From positions 62,001 through 108,014 of the forward strand of contig MEDY01000048.1 of the NCBI GenBank assembly GCA_001724265.1: a stretch of DNA of 46,014 nucleotides, written 5' to 3'. The notes under the pieces are model-generated. The model saw nothing but the letters and a program-made list of their open reading frames with translations, searched no databases and had not been told where the DNA came from. The DNA is from Rhizaria sp. SCN 62-66. Its lineage: Eukaryota. Below, one piece after another: positions 26,213 to 38,700 of this stretch. Position numbers and translations under genes: made by a program. The stretch's first letter is position 1. Every line of letters begins with the position of its first letter.

Positions 26213-27422
26213 TCACTTCACTGGCGACGGAATGATCGCAATCGCGAGCAGCACTCCGGCCACACAGAGCCCAAATGACCGTGCGGCAGCCCACGTGATC
26301 GGTCCAGTCATGTGTTCATCGCCGTCGTGACTGTGTCCATGTCCTCCCAGGTGACTACGCCGGCGGTGACCGTGAGTCGCACGCGTACCCTAACCGGTAC
26401 TCATGACACCAGTGCCCGTGACACCAGTACTCGTGGTGTTGTTCGTGCGTTTCCTGTGACGCCGGGGCACCTACATCCCCCGCTCCCGCAGCTCCGCGTT
26501 GCGCTTACGGCGCTCATCGTGGTCCACGTCGCTGTCTTCACTCCCCTCACTGCTGCTTTCGCCGCCGTTGTCGTCGTTGCCGTTGCCGTCGTCAGCGCAG
26601 ACTGAGGCGTCGTGCGTCACAGAGGAGTCGTCACTCTTCACACAGTCACTCTTACTCTTCTTCTCCTGACCGCCACTCTGGTCAGCAGCAGAGCCAGCGC
26701 TGTCCGTTATGTCCGCGACAGAAACAGGGATATCTGCGATCAAAAACGCAAGCACAGCCGCGATCACAGTGAGCAGCAGCCTTCGGTACCACGGCGCCGG
26801 CGGCGGGGGCAGCCGGCCGTACGCCCGGTCGACATTTTCGCGAACCTGCGCGTCGCCCATCCACGGGCACGGCGCGCCGAGCGCGGCGGCGACTTGGACA
26901 GCGCTGGCGACAGCCGTCTCCAGGAGCGGGACGCCGCAGACGGAGTAGGAGCCGACGAACCACAGGGCATGTGTTCCTTGCAGCCGCCAGAGCTCTTGCG
27001 TCGCGCGCAGCGACGCCCACGTCACCACGGGCCGCTCGAACGCCGAGACTGCGAGCGTGTGTTGCGGCGCTGGCGCGACAAGGGGGTTCCAGGTCTGGAA
27101 GATGTCGACGTCGGTGCGGAGCCCGTGCTGCACGCGGTTCATCCAAATGCTCGCCATGCCTTCGCGCTCGAGCGCCGCGATCTGGGCCGCGCGCGCGGGG
27201 GTGAGAACGCCGTCGAGGTTGCGCGGAGGTGCGCTCGCAGAGTTGTGGTCGTTATTGTTGTTGTTAGAGCTGTTATTAGCGCTGTCGGAGTCAGCGATGG
27301 GGGTGGGCAGAGGCGCCTGGGGAGAGCCGGATCCGGCGGAAAAGGGCAGCTGCATCGTCACTTCAAGCTTCAACGCTCCCAGAGCACCCGAGCTCACACA
27401 ACCACCAGCGTCAGAGTTGGCG

Positions 27423-27459
<37 letters not shown>

Positions 27460-29371
27460 AGTTGTGGGCGTTAGTTGCGCTGTTCTGGTCGCTAGTGAAA
27501 GACTGCATCTCCTGGAGCGAGTCTGGCAGGATGAAGTTCACCGAGCGCCAGTCGGCCCTCTTGGCGGGCATCAGGGCCGGGTCCGTGTGAAGCACCAAGC
27601 GCGACGACTCGTAGGGAATGCCACGCAGGGCGCGGTCGAGCGCGGCGCGGTCTGCGTCGTCGCACTTGCCTGTCAACACGTTCGCGGTGCAGCCAGCAGC
27701 GTCACTCACGCTCGCACTGGAACGAGAGCTAGAGGATGATAGTGTTGATGACGCGGAGTCAGGGGTCTTGTTGTCGCCGTTCTTACTGGCGTTAAAGTGG
27801 CCGCCGGCAAGGATGGCAGCGGACTGGTTGGCCTGTGTCGCAAAGACAACGTGGTCAAACGTATCCACGGCGCCCGTCGAGTCCGTCAACGTCACACGCC
27901 ACTTCTTCTCGTGCGTACCCTCACGAGTACCCACGGGTTCCGTGTCGACCCGCGTGATCCTGCGTCCCAGCCGCACGTCACTGCAGCGGCGCACCAGTTT
28001 ATGCACGATGTCCTGGGCCCCGCCGCGGGCACGCCTGACCCCACGCCAGGAACGCGTGACCAAGTACTGCACGACGACCCAAGCCGGGTAGTCGGCGGCG
28101 GCGCGGGAGGAGCACGTGCAGATCGAGGCCATAGTGGGAAGCATGAAGCGGTAGATGAAAGAGGTTGAGTACCGTTGCTGCAGTAAATATTCGAGCAGAG
28201 TAGGACCCTCAACGCCTTCGATCTCAGCAGGAGACTTGCCATTCGCACCCGCACTCGCACTCGCGGCCTTAGAGCTTGTGCTGTTGTTGCTGTTTTTGTC
28301 GTTGTTGGCGACAAGGGCCGACGCGTGGCGGAGACGGTCGGCGGAGGACAGCGTGCCATCGCAGAGATGCTTGTGGGATTCGTTGAGGAAACGCATCAAA
28401 TCACGCAGAATCACCCAGAACTCACCACTCACAGGGCCGTCAGTCACCTGCTGCTGTCGCGCACTTGCTGAGCTAGAGCTGGAGTTGGAGCTGGAGCTGG
28501 CGTTAGGGCTAGAGCGAGAGTTGTGAGAGTGTGCTTTGGGGTTGTATTTAGTCGAAAGTCCGAGGAACGCACGAGTACGCGTGACTGCTGCGGCGGCCGC
28601 CTGTGTGGCAAGCGCGACAGGCGACATGTAGGGCAGCGAAAACGAGCCCAGGAGCAGGTTGCGGTAGGCAAACAGTGTGGCGCCAGAGAGACAGGAGAAG
28701 GACGACTCGTAGTTCTCGGCCTAAAATGATACAACCAACAAATTCAAAGTGTACATGTGAGTTTTTTACAGTAAAGCCAAGGAATCACTGTGTGACAAAT
28801 ATTTAATTGTGCGGATAAATTAGAATTAACTCGGGAGTCACAAATCACATGAAGATATCTTGAGTGCAATTAGACGTACCTGGTACTTGACGCCGACACG
28901 GTCGTACAGCGCAGTCAAATGCGGGTAGTACGACTCCGTGAAAACACGCAGCGGCACGTCAACACGCACACGCGCGTCTAGTCCACTGCAAGAGCTACTG
29001 TTGGCTGCGTTGGGGATGTTTGCTGCGGCCGCGGCGGCGGCAGAGGGCGGGCCGTTAAGGACAGGCTCGTTGTCAGTGTTAGCATCGCCAGTGAGCGAAA
29101 AGGCACCAGAAGCAAAGTTATTGCCCAGCGTGATGCCGTTCGAGTCCATGCCGAGGTGCGAGGCGGCCTCGTAGACGACGACGTCGTGCTACAAAGGAGA
29201 CTCGGCGAGAAGGTAGGCCGCCGTGAGACCTGCGATGCCGGAGCCGACGACGGCGATACGCTGCCGCGAGTGCACGCGCTGCGGCAGGAACGCCGCCGGC
29301 TGCTGCTGCTGCGGCGGCGGCAGCGGCGGCTGCACGGAGGACGCAGCGGGCGCAGATGCAGGGGTGGACAT
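26213..29371 (-). CDS. COG2907-like predicted NAD/FAD-binding oxidoreductase (amine-oxidase fold) with C-terminal hydrophobic anchors, ~999 aa; 3 in-frame TAG codons. Exons 29371-28880, 28720-26213
   Basis: Rossmann motif RIAVVGSGIAGLTAAYLL..(TAG)HDVVVYEA..HLG. Further motifs VDVPLRVFTESYYPHLTALY, FDHVVFATQANQ, LVLHTDPALMP..W, LQG..LWFVGSY..GVPLLETAVASA. TAGs at 29189-91, 26471-73 and 26390-92; terminal TGA at 26213-15. Confidence 0.88.
27422..27457. repeat. (GTT)12 microsatellite encoding poly-Asn on the minus strand
   Basis: Directly visible; corresponds to the N12 tract in the oxidoreductase. Confidence 0.9.
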
Positions 29372-30070
29372 GCGGCTGCGGGGGCTGCTGCGGTGGGGTG
29401 AGGGCGGAGTGCGGCGGAGATGGGGAAGTGAGAAGTGAGAGGCGGCCGTGAGAGGTGTTCGGCAAGGGTTTAGGAGGCATAAAAAAAACAGATATGTGAT
29501 AAATATGTCATGTTTAATAAATTATAAAATGTTGAAAATAGCCCTGAAGTACATATATCGCGTACGACGGACAGTACATGGCTAGATTGACGACGCTAAG
29601 TTGAGGGCGAAAAGCTCGCTGCGTGGTTGTTGACCATCTCTCGATCTGCTCGTGGACCGAAAAATCGAGAGCCCAGTCTGCGGACGGACGGACACATATT
29701 GCATTAATGTCCGCCACCCGCAATCGTCTCGCAGCGCGAATATACGTCGTTAATAACTCTTTTAGCGCTTTGCTATGAAACTTCACGACGTAAAACTTAC
29801 ACTCCAGATTACGCATATTTCCATTCCCTCCGTGTCCTTCGCAGCCCTTCTGGTAAGTTCGCCGACTTCGAACTCAGCAAAGAGTCCAGAACTCCACTTC
29901 CCTTCTCACTCGGTTCCGTCCCCCGCGGTCCTGCAACCAGCTCACCTCTTTAGAACCCTTTCCCGCGTTTCCCCCCGCGCCAACCCCAGTCGCTGATCTG
30001 CAGCGCAGCGTAAGCACAGTCAGCTCACCGCCTCAGCAAGCAAGTCCACAACACACGCAGCCTCAGCACG

Positions 30071-31921
30071 ATGTCGTTCCTCTCCCGGGCCCTGCAAGAC
30101 AGGCTCGACGAATTCAACGGCCGGCCCACCCTGCGTGAGCAGATGCGCGATGCACCCTCAAGGGCCGATGCGTTTTTGGTGCAGGTTAGGAACATGAAGC
30201 GCTCGTGCGTCAAGCGCGGTCTCGGCGACTTTGCGTCCGCCTTTTCCATGGGTCTCGTCGGTGGTTTTGCGCTCCATTTCCTCAAGACAGTCTACTTCTC
30301 GCCCCCCGGCATGGCGCGCTGGATTGAGGGCCTCCGCATGGGCTTTAAGAACGCCCCCAAGACGGGTTTTGCCTTCGGTCTCTGGGGTGGCATCTTTTCC
30401 ATCTCCGAGTGTTACCTCAAGAGGTGGCGTGGCGGCAAAAAGGACGCCCTGACGTCCATCGTTGCCGGTGCTTTCACCGGTGGCGTGCTGGCGTTCCGCG
30501 AGAACTCCAACGGCATCATGCGCGGCGCTCTCATTGGTGGCATGCTGCTCGGTGTCATCGAGGGCATCATCGGCGTCGTGACCTTCTTCGCCAAGGACGA
30601 TAAGGACGCCGAGGTTGTCCCTGTCAAGCTCATCGACGATGACAAAAAGGATGACATCGCCGAAGCCATCTACTTCTACCGTATGTACCGCTCCATGATC
30701 GAAAAGGGCAAAGACCACATTCAAGGCGCCGACAAGCAACGCGCCTTCATGGAAGTCTCCGCTGAGAAGAACGCTGAACGCGCCACAGCTGGCGCGGCTC
30801 GTATCCGCGACTCGATCAACACACTGCGCCAGAACGGCACCCCGTCGACGCTGCCGCCGCCACGCATCGCGCAGATCCTCAACGAGCGCCCTGGCTACGG
30901 CACCACGGCCAGCAGCGCGGCGTTTGATGTCGCCAATGACAACGCGCATCGCCGCGCGCTGGACCAGGCCCGCGAGGAGCACAAGGACTCGCTCAAGCTC
31001 ATGGGCTTCACCTTCGGCGCGCGCCCCGGCACGGCGCACGGCGACGCGTCGAAGAAGGAACGTCCCGACCCGTAGCAGGCGGCCGCGGCGCGCGAGGCCG
31101 CGGGCATCAAGGGCAAGATTATGAGCGCGTTCGGCACTGGCTACCGCGAGCAGTTCTACGACCCTGAGGCCGCGACCGACGAGCTGATGCGCGACGGCGT
31201 GACGCTCATGAATGACTACGACGAAGCCTACCGCGCGCACATCGCCGCGGGCGGTTCCGCCGATCTCGACCGCATGGAGGAGGAGATCTTCGAGCGTGAG
31301 ATGGCGCGCAGCGAAGGCGGCGAGGCCGCTGTGGCGCTGATCGAAGACGCGCTCAAGCGCCGCGAGCAGATGCGGCTGGGCGCGCGGCCGATGGCGCACG
31401 AGCCGTTGCTCGACGGCCCGCTGCCGAGTACCGGCGGGCACGAGTCGGCGTTCCTGGCCGCGCAGGGCAAGGGTTCCACGGCGCCGGGTGGGATCACGGG
31501 CTTCACGCGGGACCCCGTGACCGGGGAGATTACGAGTCTGACCGTAGACCGGCGCGCTGACGGCGGCGAAGACGCGCTGACTGAGGAGGCGATGACGGCG
31601 GCGGCCGGGCGCGCCCTGGAGAAGATTGCTGTGCTGGACTGGGGACGACGCAGGCAGCAACTCGTGCGGGACACGCAGCGTGAGCAGCGCCGCATCGAGC
31701 GCGAGTACCTCGGTAAGGACGACGACGACGGCGATGACGATGACGGCGATGATGAAGGTGGTGTTGACGGCTATGAGGCGAGTCGGAGCGAGGCTGGCGG
31801 CAGTCGGTTCACAGACTTCACCAAGAGCGGCGGCTACACTGCGGCCGAGAGGACGGCGATGCGCGCCAAGCGCAGGGAAGTGCTCGAGAACAAGAGCAAG
31901 AACAGCGGTAGCTGGTGGTGA
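30071..31921 (+). CDS. TIM17: Mitochondrial inner-membrane translocase Tim17-family protein with a long C-terminal extension, 616 aa; 1 in-frame TAG (31073-75); intronless
   Basis: The Tim17 domain is SC..R..GDFASAFSMGLVGG...APKTGFAFGLWGGIFSISEC...RGGKKDALTSIVAGAFTGGVLAFR...IGGMLLGVIEG. ORFs 30071-31075 and 31121-31921 are in the same frame, linked by TAG plus 15 sense codons (QAAAAREAAGIKGKI). Stop TGA. Confidence 0.85.
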
Positions 31922-32785
31922 ATGATCTATCTTTATGAGTGCTTGTTCACAATATCTAAGTTAGAAATCAGAAGGCCGTAGGTAAAATCGGGACAGCTGT
32001 TGTAGCTTTGTTCTGTGTTTCTTTTCTGTGTTTGTGGTTTGTTTACGCTGTTCATGTTTACACTCCGAGCGAAGAGGAAATGAGAGAATAAACAAGTTTA
32101 TATTTATTGTAAGTGATCACCTGATTACATACTTCGGTAAGCATCAGCATAACTGGTCAAACACACGCACGCACACAATTCTTGATCTGTCAGTATTTCT
32201 TCGTATTATTTATCGCCGTCTTGCTATATAATATTTTTTTCTCAAATTTCCACTCATCCCCTCCAATTCCTCAGCGCACATTGTACCATACTATGAGCTA
32301 CACTTCTAAACTATCATACGCGATCGATCTCTCTGTCTGCAAGTCGTCAATCATCGTCAATCAATATCCGACGTGTCAAGCACGACTTCCTAGATTTGTG
32401 TACTATCTACACGGCCAATATAGTATTGGCTGACTGAACGAATGGCCCATGGCTTAAGAGTTACCGCTACTTTCTGTTGCAGATGGCAATACTGTCAGTT
32501 CTTACGCGTTGCGTCATTTGACATCACGCCACGAACGAGCGACCTGGTTTGCCTTCACTTGTTTTTGCTTTGTTTTTGAATGGTTTTCGCTAGTCTTGCT
32601 TCCCAATGCAGCTAAATACAGAATGTTTAAATTCTACTGCGCGCGATGAAACTATCTACAAGTGAGATTGATCCATATAAATAATACAAGCACGACGACC
32701 AGATACACCATGTCGAATGAAATGGAACGTGTTCTATTGTAGTCAAGGGTTGCTAGATAAAATCCGTTTCTTAGTACATGTACAG

Positions 32786-35700
32786 TTATTCGCAAAATAA
32801 ATCGATGTTAAACGTGTCCGCCAACACTTCGAGCGCATGCCCCCACCCTTGCTCCCCCAACCGATACGGCGCCGGATCCGTTGCTGCCCCGGTGCTCGCA
32901 ACGCTCTCAGCATCGCGCTCAGCCTCCGCTGCGGTCGCGGGTGCCGCCGCCACCCCCGCCCTGGCAAGCGCAGCGGCACTGTCCGCGCTCACTGGACACG
33001 TGAACGGCGCGAGCGCTACCGCACTCTCGACCGGCATAGAGGCGTTCGCGCTGGCGCTGACGGTGGGCTCTAATCGGGCAGCAAGGCGAGATACGTAGGG
33101 TTGCAGCGGAGAAGCGGCGCCAGCGCGCAGTGCAGGCTCGAGCCAGTCTTCGAGAGCAGCGGCAGCGCGGACAGCAGGGAGACTGTGCGCACTCGTGGGG
33201 ACACGTGTGCGTGTGTGCGCGAGTGCGCGGGCGAGAAAGCGCGTGTTCTCTGGGAATAGCGGTGTCAGCATCACTCGGCGACCGTTACTTTTGTGCGCTG
33301 CCAGCATCTCAACTGACACTGATAACGGCACCGGGGCTGTTTTGAGGTTGTCATAGGTGATATTGCGCGGGGTCACCAAATAATTCATGTGCCTGGGTAA
33401 GTACCGCGGCTGCGCGTCAAACCACGAACCCATCGTATGACTGTTGCTGTCACCATTGCAGCTCTTCCTGAGATCGCTACTTGTACTGTCGTCATCACCA
33501 CCAAGCACGGCGCTGTGCCGTGCAGCTGCAAGCGCGATAGCGCAGCCCAGCCAGTCAAGCGGCACTGCACTGAGCTTAAACAGCATCGGCACACTGCTCT
33601 CAATCACATAATTCTGCGATTCGCGCGAGTTGCCGCTGTTGCTGCTCGGCGCCCAGTGCAAGTCCCTGCGTGGCAGCGGCGGCGCGAGACCGGTGCGTAG
33701 CGTCTCTGCGAGCGCTCGGTGCGGCAAATCAAGCGCAATCGCGCGCGGCCGCAGCGCCCGCGGGCCACGGTCGGCCAGTGCAGTCAGCACAGGCAGGCCT
33801 GTGTCAGGGTCGCGGCGGAAAGTTAAGCCGCCCCGAGCTACAGAAATGTGACCCGGGCTCAGCACCAGCAGGGGCAGAGCGTAGGCACGCGCGCAGGCAA
33901 CAAGCGCGCGCTCGCCAAGTAGCTTTGTTGCTGCATATCCACTCAGCGCAGACGCAGCAGTCGTTGAGACATGCGCAAAATTTGGCACATCATCAGACTG
34001 AAGTGCGCTGTGCCGATCGCAGTGCGTTGGTAACGCGTACGGCGCTAATGACGGGGACGAGGGATCAACGGTGTCAGTCGTCGATATGTGATACGTACAC
34101 GCCGCACAAGCGATTTCACTCGATACCTCGCTCCCACTCACACTGGCAGTCGCAGTTCCGGTCGCAGCCGCTGTTGTCGGTTGACTGCGCAGTGCGCGTG
34201 CTGAGGCGGCGAGCGCGGCAACCGTGACGCACGCCGCGGCGTTCGCAGCCCTCAGCTCAGGGTCCCAGGCCGGCGCAGCGTGGTCAACCGACGCCGCGCA
34301 ATGAAACACGGCCGTTGTGACCGCGGCCAGAGCGCGCCACTGACTGCGCGGGAGACCGAACCAGGGACGGGAGACGTCGGCGGCCACGGCGGAGACGTGG
34401 GCGGTAAAAGCGCGGCGGCAGACCCACCAACCACACGCGCCTGCGTCCGACTCAACACTGTTTTTCCACTCCGCTCTTGCGTTGGCGTCAGTGTGAGTTA
34501 AGATGCAATCGGTCGGTGCCATAAAGCGCGCTTTGACGAGCGCGCTTTCAAGCCTCGACAAAGCGGCGTGGCTGTAAACAAGCTTGTCGTTGTCACCATT
34601 GTCGTTGTCGCCGCTGCCATTGCCGCTACACCGCACAAGGGCTGTGACAGCCAGCGGCGCGTTCGTAACAGCAGCGAGTCGCAACAGAGCGCCCAGCAGT
34701 GCACCACCGACGGAGCCAGTGACCCCGGTCAGAACAGCGCGCGGTGAGGGACAGCACAACCACGGTGCGAGAGGGCCGGAGGATACTGTGCTCAAGACAA
34801 TGTCAACAGGCTTGTTGATGTTCAGAGCTTGCAGTTCTGCGAAAGAAAGGACAGATGCGAGGAGTGCCGTGAGCGGCGGCGGCGTCCACTGTTGGCAGCA
34901 CGGGAAAGGAAACGGCATCACTAACGCGTCGTTGTCAACGACTGACGCGCCGTTGTCAACGACATCACTCGCGGTAGTGGTAGTCGCATTGCCTGTGCCA
35001 GTGACGGGCGAGTTCATAGAAATGATGGCATCGTGAGTGTTATCTGGTACGGCTGCGTCACTCGCAAAAGAAGAGAAAGCTGCAGTGCCAGCATTGGTCT
35101 CGCCACAGCTCTCTCGACTTTGTGACCCTCGCTGAACACGGTCATCACCCCAGTATCCCAGCCTCCAGAGACACTGCAGCGACGCCTCAGGTGCGGACAT
35201 CACCCGCGCCACCGCGCCCGAGACTGCTGCAACTTCACGAGCGGTGCGCGTGAGTCCTGCGCTCAGGCGCTCAGCACTCGTGATTACAGCGCGTAGGCGC
35301 TGCAGCGCAAACGAGTCCACGCCCAAAGCGCGTAGTGGCGTGCGAGGTTCACGCAACAGCAGCTCAGCGGGACAGCCCGTCGCCTCCTCAGCAGTAGCCG
35401 CAAATAGGGCAAACGGCTCATCGTCGCGATGTAGCTTCACAGTCGTTGCGGCTCCGCCGTGAGCAAGGAGAGGCCAATGCGCAGCAGCAAGTGCAGCTAC
35501 GGTGGCGGGCGCGCGCGCGAGTTTCCCGCTGCCGGTCAGCGGCGGCAGCGCCAGCGTGGCCGTGACCGACAAAGGCAGCATGCGCAGCGCAGCGGGCAGC
35601 GCGTGCGACACACGGGGGGCAGCCACGGGATGCGACAGCGCGCACGCTAGCCGTGCCGGGGGCAGCATGAGACACGAATCAGCTGCGCGCGTTGCAGTCA

Positions 35701-38700
35701 CGCCGCTGTTAATGACATTGCTTGCGCTGTCGCTGCCGCCGGTATTTGGGGCGGAAGCGGCAGTGAGTGCGGTTGCGGCGTCCGTGGCGGCAGCGCGCTG
35801 AAGCAGCAGCGACTGCAGCGGCCATGTTGGTTGCGACGACTCGCTATCAAGCTCTGCCAGCGCAGCCCCAACCGCATCGAGAGTGACTGTCGCATTTTCG
35901 TCGCTCTCAGTGATACTTGAACCAGCGCAAAAAGCGTTGAGATTGCGGCTTGTGTGCTGAAGCCAGATCTGCAAGTCATTGAGCGCACGCTCAGCAGCGC
36001 GGCGCCACTCAGGAGATAGCCACAGCGCCAGCACCAGCCTCTGCCCGTCGCTCGCCTCGCCACGCATGCCGCTGTGGTCGCTGCTTCGACTACCGCCGTC
36101 ACTGCGGGGCGCGAGCAGCAGGGCCGCAGCCGGTGCGGGAACAACCGCCGCGGCGACAGCGGCTTCGGCGGCGTCAACAGCGACAAACTCGCCCGCGCGC
36201 GTGCGCACTGCGGCGGATATGCGGCCTAAGATGATGAGAGGGCGACGGCCGTCGGGGAAAGCAGCGCCAACACGCGCGATGTCACCGGTCGCATGCCAAC
36301 CAGCCCACTTGTCACAAGCAACAGCAGAGTCGTCAACGCAAGAGTCTGTAGTGTCTGCAGCGTTTCTACTGAAATCAGTGTTGCTTTCACTGGTCTTCGT
36401 CGAGTCAAGACAAAGATATCCAGCGCTGCGGCCACGCGAGCGCAGCATCAATTCGCCCACATCGCCCTCGCGCTCCAAAACCGCACTCACTAAAGCGGCA
36501 ACCGCATTAGAGTCACTCTGCGCAGACAGAGGCCGCAGCCGCGCCTCGGTTGCGCGCGCGCCGCCGTCAGGGTCATTCCCGCCCAGCAGCAGCCCGCGGT
36601 CGCCGCTGCTGACGGTGCCGGTCTCGGTTGTGCCGAAGCTCTCCCGCAGCGGCACCGCGGCGGCGGCCCACGCGCGGCGCGCATCGCCGCTGCCGAGAAC
36701 CAGGGACAGCGCGGCGCGCAGGGTGGCGGGCACGGGCGCGGAGCCCGTGGCGGCCTCAGACAGACGCATGCCAAGGGCGCGGCGGGCAAGAAGGCGGGCG
36801 CGCGCACAAGCCAGAGTCAGCGCGGCGGCCGCGTTCGCACCGCGGTACACGGCACGATCACTGACGGCGCGATGAGCTCGGTTTGCCGCGTGATTGGCTC
36901 CGTTGGTGGTGTGGCTGGTGGTGTCGAGCTGCTGCTGCTGCAAAGCGAAGGTGCGCGCGCGGTGAAGCAAGTCTTCCCAGATACGCGGCACTGCAAAAAG
37001 AGACGACGGAGCAAGAGCGGCACAGTGCGCCCACAAACTCAACCCGACGAGACCACCGGTCGACGCAGTCGCACTGTCACTCAGCACACCGCCGTGGACA
37101 CCCGGACTGCCGTGGTCAACATGAGCCCTCGTGCTGCTGCAACTGGCAGCCGCATCGGGGCAGTATAGCGCAACGCGGCCGCCGCGCGCAAGTGCGCGAA
37201 ACAATGCTGACTGTCCATTGTAGTGCGACAGAGGATCGTGCAGTAGACACACCGGAGGCGGGGCGCTCGCGTCGTCCGGCTCCAGACCGCTGTCGCCGTT
37301 CAGCACAGCCACATTCCCCACAGCGGAGTCATCACCGCCCACGGCGACGCTGTTATTCCACGTATTCTTGCATAAATGCGGCGCAACGGACCAAAGGAAG
37401 CCCGCGCGCGTGACCATGACGCCGCGCGGCGCGCTGCCGGAGGTGCCGGATGTCGGCAGCACGGCGTGCAACGACTCGGCCGCAGTGTTGATGCGCGACG
37501 CGGGGTCGCCAGATGACTCTGTGGCAGCGGCGATGCTGGCCACTGAAGCAGTCGTTAGACCTGAGGCTGCAACATTTGATGTAGCTGCTGCCAACTTGGA
37601 TGAAAGAAGAGAGCGCATTGAGAGCACAGTGACGCCACGTGAACTCGCTAGCACATGCACTGCGTTGACAGTGCAAGCGTTATTGTTATGCGTGGCGCAT
37701 GCATCGTGGTCTTCGGAGTCCACATCAAGCAGCAATACCACTCGGGGCAACACGAAGACAGCATTATCGTCGCTGCAACGATTCACACTGCGTTTGCGAA
37801 AGCTGCTATCGTAGCAGTGACAGCGCAGCAGCCGCAGCGCAGCGCCGGCAGGCAGCGCAACTGCAGACACAGCGCCAGTCAGCGTCAAAGAGCGTAGATA
37901 CGCAAGCTCGGGCGAGTGCGGGCATTTGCAACCACGAGCCACGGTCGGCGACTGCGACTGCGCTTGACACCGTGACTGGGACTGAGACTGCGATTGTGAT
38001 TGAACTGCCTGCGGGCTGCAGCAAGGAGGATGTGACTGTGAGAGCGTTGCATCCCACGGCACCCAGTGCGGCACAAAGCACGTCTCAGGAAGTCTGGCCG
38101 CGCCAGGAAGTTTGGCCGCGCCATAAAGTTTGGCCGCATTTGGCGACAGTGTTGGCGGCGAGAGCGACATAGCGACCGTGAGCAGCGCAAGCGCAGGTGA
38201 CGCAGGCGCACACACTGCAACACAGTGCACTTGATCGCGTGCAGTCGGCTGCGCTGCAGCTGTAGAGGGCGTATCATTGCGCGCTTCAGAGCCCGTCATA
38301 CATTGCGTATCGTGCGCCTTCGCGTTAGTGTCCGTGGTGGCAGCTGCGATCACAGCTGTGGTCACAGCTGAGGTCGCGAGTGACTGCGAGAGGGCACTGG
38401 CGAACGACTGGGACAGCGTGGTCGCGAGTGCAAGAACCTCAGCGTAAGACAGCCAGGCAAAGAGCCTGTTCGCAGAGGGCTGCATGGGCAACAGCGACTG
38501 CGGCCGCGAATGTAACTGTGACGACGACACAGTCACATCACGGCCAGCGCCAACGCCGGCGGCTGCGGACGCATCAAGAATGTCCATCGAAGCACTGCTT
38601 GTATCGGGTTTGACATAGGATACATCGCACATCTCACCGGACACTGTGTCGGCCTCTAACTCCTCTAGTGTGCAATTGAGATCGAAAAACGCCCGCATCG

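Noticed and set aside
30158-31660. 500-aa minus-strand ORF
   Set aside because: Antisense shadow of the strongly GC3-biased Tim17 gene.
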